DNA of 64,000 nt, from NCBI GenBank assembly GCA_963766735.1, contig CAVYBU010000030.1, positions 192,001 through 256,000 of the forward strand. Reading direction: 5' to 3'. Made by a program: the position numbers and the translations under genes. The stretch is from an uncultured Chloroflexia bacterium. GTDB taxonomy: Bacteria; Chloroflexota; Limnocylindria; Limnocylindrales; CSP1-4. Below the pieces are notes generated by a model, which ran no database searches, was not told the DNA's origin, and worked only from the letters and a program-made list of their open reading frames with translations. The stretch's first letter is position 1. The number at the start of each line of letters is the position of its first letter. Shown here in pieces: positions 56,579 to 64,000 of this stretch.

Positions 56579-59500
56579 ATGAGCGGCACCCAGGTCCTGA
56601 GGCGCGTCCGCGGTACCGCCGCGGGCGCCTCAGCGCGCCTGGTAACGCCGCTGCCGCGACGCGGTCGCGCCTGGCGTCATGTCTTCGCCGCGATCAACTT
56701 GGTGCTCGTCACCGCGATCGCGGCCATCGTGCTCCTAGACCTCGGGATCGCCGGCAACCCGTGGTACCGCATCGTCGGGATCACGGGTGGTTCCATGGAG
56801 CCGGCAATCAGTCGCGGTGACCTGATCGTGATCGCGCCCGCTCCTCCTACGGTCGAGCCGGGCATGGTCCTCCTGATGTCCGTCGGCGGCAAGGTCATCA
56901 CGCATCGCGTGGCCGCCGTCAACGCCGACGGGTCGTTCGTGACCCGCGGTGACGCGAACAGGGTGACCGACGCCTGGTCGGGCCGACCGATCCGCGTCAA
57001 CGGCCTGTACGTCGCCACCATCCCCTGGCTCGGCCACATCCTGCCGATCAAGAGCGGCTCCGGCGCGTCCTTTGCCGATAACTCCAGCGCCGCGATGAAC
57101 ATCACCGTGGGCCCCTGGGCCACCGGGGTTGCTGCCACGCCGACGCAGGAGCCCCCGGCGAACGCAGCCGGCTGGAACAGCACCGACGTCGTCGTGACCT
57201 GGAACTGGTCCGACACGGGTGCGGGGATCGACCCCGCCACGTGCACGACGAGCAGCACCTCCAGCGGCGAGGGCGCACTGGCCCTCACGGCCTCGTGCAC
57301 GGACAAGGCCGGCGTCACCGGCAGCGCCTCCTACGCCGTGAACGTCGACAAGACGCCGCCCGCGGTGACGATCGACGGCCACCCGAACGACACAGGCGGC
57401 TCGACAACGGCCGCGTTCACGTTCGAGGCTGACGACATTGGCGGCAGCGGGCTCGACGCGCTCAGCTGCATGCTCGATGCGGGGCCGGCCACCACGTGCG
57501 ACACCCCCATGTCGCAACGCTATACCGGGCTTTCAGACGGCCCCCACACGTTCACCGTCACCGCGACCGACAGGGCCGGAAACCCCGGCCCGGCGACCTT
57601 CACCTGGTCCGTTGACGCGGTCGGGCCGGTCATCGCCCCGCATGATCCCGTGGCCGCCGAGGCCACCGGGCCGACGGGGGCGCTCGTCACGTACACCGAA
57701 CCCACGACCAGCGACGCAAATGACGGCCCCGGAGTCGCGACGTGCGTTCCGGCCACGGGCAGCCTGTTCGCCCTCGGCCCGACGACGGTGGCCTGCGACG
57801 CCACCGACGCTGCCGGCAACGCTGCCTCCCAGACCAGCTTCGTGATCACCGTCGTCGATACGACCGGCCCTGCCTTCGCGGCCCCGGCCGACCAGGAGAT
57901 CCCGTCGACCGGGCCGGAGGGCGCGGTCTCCACCTGGCCAGATCCGACGGCCACCGACGCGGTTGACGGCACCGACCCCGTGCACTGCCTGCCCGCCTCG
58001 GGCTCCACGTTCCCGGTTGGCTCGACCACCGTGACGTGTACCTCGACCGACGCGGCATCCAACACCACGACCCACACGTTCTCGGTCACCGTCGTCTCGG
58101 ACGCGCCGACCGCCGCGCCGGTCATCGAGCCGCATGGCGACGTTACGGCCGAGGCCACGGGTCCCGAGGGCGCCCAGGTGACGTACGACCCGCCCACGAC
58201 AAGCGATGAGCAGGACGGATCCGGCGTCGCGACCTGCGGCCCGGCCTCCGGCAGCCTGTTCCCTCTTGGGTCTACGACCATCCTTTGCGATGCCGTCGAT
58301 TCCGACGCGAACCATGCCGCGCAGACCCAGTTCAACGTCACGGTTCGCGACACCACGCCCCCCACCTTCGCGGCCCCGGCCGACCAGGAGATCCCGTCGA
58401 CCGGGCCGGAGGGCGCGGTCTCCACCTGGCCAGATCCGACGGCCACCGACGCGGTTGACGGCACCGACCCCGTGCACTGCCTGCCCGCCTCGGGCTCCAC
58501 GTTCCCGGTTGGCTCGACCACCGTGACGTGTACCTCGACCGACGCGGCATCCAACACCACGACCCACACGTTCTCGGTCACCGTCGTCTCGGACGCGCCG
58601 ACCGCCGCGCCGACGCAGGCGCCGGCCGCGAACGGCAACGGCTGGAACAACGCCGACGTCGTCGTGACCTGGCACTGGTCCAGCGCCGGGTCGACGATTG
58701 ACGCGGCCCAATGCACGGCCAGCTCCACGTCGAGCGGCGAGGGCACGCTCACCCTCACGGCCACGTGTGCGAACGTGGCCGGCAACGCCGGCACCGCCAC
58801 GTACGCCGTGAAGGTCGACAAGACGAAGCCCGCGGTCGCGATCACGGGCCAACCCACCAGCCCGAGCAGCTCGGGCTCGGCCTCGTTCACCTTCAGCGCC
58901 ACGGACGCCGGCAGCGGCATCGACACCGTCAGCTGCAAGCTCGACGCCGGCCCCGCTGCTCCGTGCGACACCGCGACCTCTCATGGCTACACGGGCCTCG
59001 ACGCCGGCTCGCACACGTTCACGGTCATCGCCACGGACCTGGCCGGCAACGACAGCCAGGCGACCTTCACCTGGTGCATCAAGACCGCGGGGCCATCGGT
59101 CACGGTCGACCACGAAGTCGACGGGTCCAACGGCTGGAACCGGTCGTCCCCCGTCGCCCTTGTCATCACGGTCACGCCAGCCACCGCGCCGGTCACGGCC
59201 CCGCCGGTCTGCACCGACAACGGCCAGCCGTTCTCGCTCACCGGCCAGGCATCGCCGTACGCGGCCACGGTCACAGGCGATGGTACGCACGAGATCAGGT
59301 GCAAGGTCACCGACACGGCTGGCGTCTCGGCCACCGGCACCGACCCCGTCAAGATCGACACGACACCGCCCAAGGTCACGGTCCCGGCCGACATCGACGT
59401 CGGATCGGTTGACAAGGACGGGGTGGCCGTCAGCTACGCCGCGACGTTCGGTGACGCCACCAGCGGCCTGGCGAAGAAGGCGTGCACGCCGGCCTCGGGC

Positions 59501-60079
59501 TCGACGTTCCCGATCGGGATCACGACGGTGACGTGCTCGGCGACCGACAAGGCCGGCAACAGCCAGTCGCGGTCATTCACGATCACGGTCAAGATCCAGA
59601 CGGCGGTCGAGGCGAGGCAGGCGATCCTCGTGAGCCTCCAGGACGAGCTGGCCTGCACGGCGAGCAAGAACCTGAGGAGCCGACTGTCCGATGCGATCGG
59701 GCACGTCCGCGACAGCCTCGCCGCCAGCCTCTGGGTGGCGACCGGGCGGTTCGCCGACGGCAATCACCTGGATCCCGTCAGCGGCGAGACGGTCTTCGAC
59801 GCGGACAGGGCTGCGGTCGAGGCGCTGACGGGGATCAAGAAGCCGTCGTTCGCCGTCAAGGCGGCGATCGCGGACCTTGCCGCGGCCGACGAGCTGCTTG
59901 CCCAGACGGCGATCGACGACGCGATTGCCGCGAACGCCGATCCCCGACTCATCAGCGCCGCCCAGGAGCAGATGACCGCCGCCGAGGGCGACGCGGCGAA
60001 GGGTCACTTCGACCTGGCGATCGACCACCGGAAGTCCGCGTGGAGCGACGTGACGCCTGCGCCTCTGCCCGCCAGTTGA
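56579..60079 (+). CDS. SipW-type peptidase fused to Ig-like/HYR repeat surface protein
   Basis: N-terminal TM, GGSMEP...GD, HRV, TRGDAN; then repeated D.TPP, C.PASGS.FP.G.T.VTC.ATD..GN (HYR) and Ig-like units; helical C-terminus. Confidence 0.88.
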   Translation: MSGTQVLRRVRGTAAGASARLVTPLPRRGRAWRHVFAAINLVLVTAIAAIVLLDLGIAGNPWYRIVGITGGSMEPAISRGDLIVIAPAPPTVEPGMVLLMSVGGKVITHRVAAVNADGSFVTRGDANRVTDAWSGRPIRVNGLYVATIPWLGHILPIKSGSGASFADNSSAAMNITVGPWATGVAATPTQEPPANAAGWNSTDVVVTWNWSDTGAGIDPATCTTSSTSSGEGALALTASCTDKAGVTGSASYAVNVDKTPPAVTIDGHPNDTGGSTTAAFTFEADDIGGSGLDALSCMLDAGPATTCDTPMSQRYTGLSDGPHTFTVTATDRAGNPGPATFTWSVDAVGPVIAPHDPVAAEATGPTGALVTYTEPTTSDANDGPGVATCVPATGSLFALGPTTVACDATDAAGNAASQTSFVITVVDTTGPAFAAPADQEIPSTGPEGAVSTWPDPTATDAVDGTDPVHCLPASGSTFPVGSTTVTCTSTDAASNTTTHTFSVTVVSDAPTAAPVIEPHGDVTAEATGPEGAQVTYDPPTTSDEQDGSGVATCGPASGSLFPLGSTTILCDAVDSDANHAAQTQFNVTVRDTTPPTFAAPADQEIPSTGPEGAVSTWPDPTATDAVDGTDPVHCLPASGSTFPVGSTTVTCTSTDAASNTTTHTFSVTVVSDAPTAAPTQAPAANGNGWNNADVVVTWHWSSAGSTIDAAQCTASSTSSGEGTLTLTATCANVAGNAGTATYAVKVDKTKPAVAITGQPTSPSSSGSASFTFSATDAGSGIDTVSCKLDAGPAAPCDTATSHGYTGLDAGSHTFTVIATDLAGNDSQATFTWCIKTAGPSVTVDHEVDGSNGWNRSSPVALVITVTPATAPVTAPPVCTDNGQPFSLTGQASPYAATVTGDGTHEIRCKVTDTAGVSATGTDPVKIDTTPPKVTVPADIDVGSVDKDGVAVSYAATFGDATSGLAKKACTPASGSTFPIGITTVTCSATDKAGNSQSRSFTITVKIQTAVEARQAILVSLQDELACTASKNLRSRLSDAIGHVRDSLAASLWVATGRFADGNHLDPVSGETVFDADRAAVEALTGIKKPSFAVKAAIADLAAADELLAQTAIDDAIAANADPRLISAAQEQMTAAEGDAAKGHFDLAIDHRKSAWSDVTPAPLPAS
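57873..58612 (+). repeat. exact 248-bp internal direct repeat (57873..58120 and 58365..58612)
   Basis: Identical HYR-coding blocks 492 bp apart. Confidence 0.9.
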
Positions 60080-60183
60080 ACGACTGAGGGTTCGAATTCG
60101 ATGACGCCTGGGGCTCATTGCGATCGCCCACCCGGTGTGTGAGACCTGTTGGTCGAGAAGCCCTCGTGACACCGAATGATCTA

Positions 60184-60218
60184 TTGACATCCGAGCGAAA
60201 GCAATCGACAATCGATAG
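60184..60218 (+). promoter_or_regulatory. probable leaderless promoter
   Basis: TTGACA (60184), 17 bp, GACAAT (60207), 6 bp, ATG (60219); no RBS. Confidence 0.55.
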
Positions 60219-60695
60219 ATGAACACGCTCGCAGGTCGGCTTCTCCGCGTTGCTCTTGTCGTCCTCCTGCTCGGAACCGTGTTCGTGCAGGTCCTCGTGC
60301 CCGTGCAGGCGACCATGGTGGGAACGAGCATCCCCGAAGTCGCCTACCTCGTCGCCCCGTATTCGACGGCCGCCATCCTCTTCATCGTCTGCGTCCAGGT
60401 GGCGCTGCTGGTCGTCTGGCGGCTGCTGTCCCTGGTCGACGGCGGGGTCATCTTCACCCACCGCGCCCTGCGCTGGGTCGATGTCATCATCACCTGCGCG
60501 GTGGTCGCCACGGTCCTGAGCGCAGCCGTCCTGATCCACATGCTCGGCTTCGTCCCCGGCGGCGGCGGACCGACGATCTACTTCATGCTCGCCTGCATCG
60601 CCGGCGGGCTGGCGTTCGTGCTCCTCATGATCGTCATGCGAGGCCTGCTCGAGTCGGCGATCGCCGACCGCACCGAGCTCGACGAGGTGATCTGA
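60219..60695 (+). CDS. DUF2975-like membrane protein
   Basis: Four TM segments, IF....LRW, C-terminal ELDEVI; paired with a Cro-type HTH gene. Confidence 0.82.
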   Translation: MNTLAGRLLRVALVVLLLGTVFVQVLVPVQATMVGTSIPEVAYLVAPYSTAAILFIVCVQVALLVVWRLLSLVDGGVIFTHRALRWVDVIITCAVVATVLSAAVLIHMLGFVPGGGGPTIYFMLACIAGGLAFVLLMIVMRGLLESAIADRTELDEVI

Positions 60696-60910
60696 TGGCC
60701 CTCATCGTCGAGCTCGACGTCATGCTCGCCCGGCGCAAGATGTCCGTGGGCGACTTTGCCAACGCCGTCGGCATCACCCCGGCGAACGTCGCCGTCCTGA
60801 AGAACGGGCGCGCCCGAGCGATCCGGTTCTCCACCCTGGACTCGATCTGCCGGGTGCTCGAGTGCCAGCCGGGTGACATCCTCCGGTGGACCGCCGACCC
60901 GCCCGCCTAG
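60695..60910 (+). CDS. YozG-like Cro/C1 HTH regulator
   Basis: LDVMLA.RKM, GIT.AN..LK.G.A.AIRFSTL..IC..L.CQPGD. Confidence 0.92.
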   Translation: MALIVELDVMLARRKMSVGDFANAVGITPANVAVLKNGRARAIRFSTLDSICRVLECQPGDILRWTADPPA

Positions 60911-61097
60911 CGGGAACGCGTTCGATGTCGGCAATCCTCACCATCGTCAACGTCTGCATCGTCCTGGCGCTCGGGCAGTCTGTTCGGCATGACGAGCCCG
61001 GCCGAGTGTCCTTGGCTGGGAGGTCTCCCACGCCCGGTGGCGCAGTTGAGCCGTGAGCGCCGTTGACAGGCCGGGATCTGGAGCAGAAGGTTTAGCC

Positions 61098-61274
61098 ATG
61101 ATCGACGACTGCCCCATGACCGAGGACTGTCCTGGCTACGACCGCGACCGCCGGGTGTGCCTCCTCCGGTCGGTTGACTGCGAGTTCGCGCCCGGTGCCG
61201 GCGAGGCCGCCCTGGTGTTCGAGATGCCCGATGCGCTGACGCCCGACGCTTCCGCAGAGGCAGTGTCGCGATAG
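61098..61274 (+). CDS. small Cys-rich hypothetical protein
   Basis: MIDDCPMTEDCPGY...VC......CEF; TTGACA at 61063 upstream. Confidence 0.45.
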   Translation: MIDDCPMTEDCPGYDRDRRVCLLRSVDCEFAPGAGEAALVFEMPDALTPDASAEAVSR

Positions 61275-61613
61275 GCAGGCAACCGACGGCGCAAGTGCGG
61301 CTCGTGTTCCGCCCTCGTGTCCGCCGCGATCGCTACCGGCTCGGTTCCTGTCCGCCTGGATCGGGACGCCAGCCGCAGCCTCCGCAGTAGCCGCCGGCCT
61401 CATGGCCATAGGCACGGCGACGATGCCTGTCGTATCCAGGCAATGACCCCGCCCGACTCCGCAATCCCGGCGCCGTCTCCGTCGGCCCGGCGCGCCGGCC
61501 GGCAGAGGGACAAGCGACGTGGGCATTTCGGCTCTTGCCGCACCTCTCGATGCGGCGCGAGGATCGTGGCGAGGAACCGCGCTGAGCCACCACCTGCGGT
61601 CGCCGCGTGAACG

Positions 61614-62231
61614 ATGGAAACCCTGGCGATAACGTCGATCACCAACTTCGTCCTGGCCAGCGAGCTCTTCTTCCTGGCCGGCCTGATGGTGAAGACCCCG
61701 AAGGCCCGCTTCTCGGCGGCCTGGTTCTGGGGCGGGGCCATGTTCGCTCTGGCGTCGAGCGCGCTCATCGGCGGCATCGACCATGGCTTCGTCGAGCCGG
61801 CCGGGCTGTCGCGCTACTTCATCCAGCGGCCGAACTGGATCGTTGCGGGCGTGGCGACGTTCTGCATGCTGCTTGCGACGGCGCGGCAGTTCTTCCCACC
61901 CCGCTGGCAGCGGACTGCGCTGATCCTGGGAGCGATCCAGCTCATCGTCTACGTCATCGCCGTCCTGCTGATCGGCGACTTCCGGATCGTCATCGTCAAC
62001 TACCTGCCCGTGATGCTCCTCCTGCTGCTGTTGAGCGTCCTCAGGCTGAGGCACGGCACCGGCTCCTGGCAGATGGTCGTGGGCGTCCTCGTGCTCCTGG
62101 CCGCCTCAGCCGTCCAGGTCCTCGGCGTGGACCTGTTCAACCCGGTGGATCGGAACGGCCTGTACCACACGATCTCCATGGTGGGCGTGCTGTTCATGTA
62201 CTGGGGTGGACAGCGCCTGAAGGTGTCCTGA
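61614..62231 (+). CDS. multi-pass membrane protein (DUF6962-like)
   Basis: About 7 TM segments; GG..HG and N..YH motifs. Confidence 0.7.
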   Translation: METLAITSITNFVLASELFFLAGLMVKTPKARFSAAWFWGGAMFALASSALIGGIDHGFVEPAGLSRYFIQRPNWIVAGVATFCMLLATARQFFPPRWQRTALILGAIQLIVYVIAVLLIGDFRIVIVNYLPVMLLLLLLSVLRLRHGTGSWQMVVGVLVLLAASAVQVLGVDLFNPVDRNGLYHTISMVGVLFMYWGGQRLKVS

Positions 62232-62471
62232 CCTGGGGTGGTCCGCGGCCCCCGCGGGGCTGGGGGCGACTCGGGCCGCGCGCCTCTCGGATCGTCCCGG
62301 CTTGCCGGCCAGTCGGGGTGCGGGCAGACCGGGGCGCAACAACCTGCCGTCCCCCGCGTCCCATCCTCAGCGGGAGGCTCTGACACGCGGTCCATCACTC
62401 ACGGCCGCTGGGACCGCGCCGTGGGACTGGCGAGACCGACCCGCGTGATGGGCGTCCCCAGGGAGTGCGCG

Positions 62472-63937
62472 ATGGTTCCGCGACCTTCAACCGGCCGGCT
62501 TATCGTCGGTCTCACCGCGGCTGCATTGCTGGCCGGGTGCGCCGGCGGCACGACCCCCAGCGAGCGCCCCGCGGCATCGGCCCGGCCGTCGGCCACTCCG
62601 GCCGAGGCGACGCCCAGCGACGCGCGGATCGGCCCGGCCGTCGGCCACTCGGCCGAGGCGACGCCCAGCGAGCGCCCCGCGGCATCGGCCGGCGTCGGCC
62701 ACTCCGGCGGGTCGTCCCGACCGCGCCGAGCGCGGGCACGACCCCACCTGCGTCGGCGATCCCGGCCCTCGCGTGGCAGAGCGGGTTGATCCCGTCGATG
62801 TTGGAGGGTTATGGCCCGACGCCTGCCGCCGTCGGCGGCGGAGACGGCGGGTTCGCGGCCGTCGGCCGTCGGGTGTTCCGCGACAACGTTGGGCCGGGCG
62901 GCGGGACGGCGAGTGCATGGCACTCGGGGGATGGGCTCGCGTGGGAGCCCGCGACGGCCGACGCGGGCCTTGCCGTCGGGGACACCGTCCCCATCGACGA
63001 CTATCCCGACATCGGCCTCACCGATGTTGTCTGGGGACCGGCCGGTTTCGTCGCCGTCGGCATGACGGCCGCGCCAGACCCTCGCGGCGGTACGGCACGG
63101 ACCTCGAGCGACGGCGAGACGTGGACCCGCGCGAAGCTTCCTGACGCGGCCCATTCCTGGCCGGCGGCGGTGACCTGGAACGGATCGAGCTATGTCATCG
63201 TCGGCGTCGCCCGCGAGGAGGGCACCCCTCGCGCTGCGGCTTGGCTCTCGACCGACGGTCGATCTTGGCGGCGGGTGCCCGACGGCGACGCCTTCGACAT
63301 CGGCGGCTATGTCACCTACGCCTCAGCCTACAACTCGGGCGGGCCGGCGGACGTCGTGACGACCTCGGAGGGCTCCCTCGTCGCGGTCGGCAGGACCTGC
63401 ACCGCCACCTCGACCATGGAGGAGCAGTCGACGTGTCGACCGCTCGTGCTGCAGTCCGTCGACGGCGAGGCCTGGACGCGTACCCTCGTTCCCGACGACG
63501 CCGACGTCGTGCTCACCTCGGTCGCGGCGACATCGGGGCGGATCGTCGCGCTTGCCAACGGGGCCGGCGAGGCCGGCGATCACGCACGTCTGCTCCTGTC
63601 GGACGAGGCCGGCTGGCGCCTCGTCGAGCCGGCCGGCGTGCCCGTGCTCGCTCGGATCTCGGCATTCGGCGACGGGTTCCTCGCGGTGTCGACCATCGGC
63701 AACCGGATCGGGCTCTGGGCGTCGATCGACGGCGAGGCGTGGGCCGAGATGCCGGGCATCCCCCAGCCGACGATCGACCCCGACTGGGGGCCCGAGATGC
63801 AGGCGTTCGGCGACGTGGACATCGCCGTCGCAGGCGACCGCGTCGTGGTCGTCGGCCAGAACGAGGCGGATCCCGTGGGACCCACGGCCTTCTCGATCGT
63901 CGGGACCTCCTCCGCGACCTCCAGCCGGGCACCCTGA
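62472..63937 (+). CDS. lipoprotein with BNR/Asp-box-like beta-propeller repeats; frameshifted in its repeat linker
   Basis: Lipobox LAGC in the frame of ORF 62238..62789; repeated W.S.DG..W in the frame of ORF 62465..63937. Confidence 0.7.
62550..62710 (+). repeat. degenerate ~60-bp tandem repeat (TPSERPAASARPSATPAEA linker)
   Basis: Three copies of acg(a)cccagcga...ggcatcggcc...tcggccactc; copies 2 and 3 carry small deletions. Confidence 0.75.
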
Positions 63938-64000
63938 CCGGCACTGCCGCCCCCGGCAACGGACCGTGCGCTCCGCGCGAATGGCCCTTCGCCTCTGCCC

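Noticed and set aside
1-64000. Transposases, integrases, phage, defence or toxin-antitoxin genes
   Set aside because: No recognisable motifs. The Tm-1-like genes sit in a metabolic context, so an antiviral role is not supported by the sequence.

Overview
High-GC bacterial window. The gene content looks like a monoderm Chloroflexota/Actinobacteria-type genome, which is an inference. Four parts are visible. (i) 1-8.2 kb holds housekeeping and miscellaneous genes: the pgm 3' end, a Zn-finger protein, rhodanese, pirin, a methyltransferase, an FAD/Fe-S oxidoreductase and a PAS-GGDEF protein. (ii) 8.2-48.2 kb is a ~40 kb catabolic island of unknown substrate. It encodes a fused E1ab plus E2 of a 2-oxoacid/acetoin-type dehydrogenase, a split transketolase, TPI-like and RpiB-like tetrose-phosphate isomerases, two Liv-type ABC importers, two Tm-1-like (UPF0261) proteins and three PEP-hydrolase-family TIM barrels. 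It also encodes a dikinase lacking its ATP-grasp domain, a PPDK lacking its TIM barrel and fused to an Rv1126c-like domain, an XDH-family Mo enzyme, hydrolases and two inverted near-identical Zn-ADH genes. Seven copies of an (ATCGATN)n operator sit at its promoters. (iii) 49.5-51.5 kb is tRNA-His with a 37-bp att-like repeat enclosing a collapsed polysaccharide-gene remnant. (iv) 51.9-60.1 kb is a two-component system next to a SipW/TasA-like fibre locus. Its 1166-aa last gene fuses a SipW peptidase to an internal copy of the SipW-cognate motif and an Ig/HYR stalk, which suggests a self-processing tip adhesin. Several single-base frameshifts may be assembly errors.
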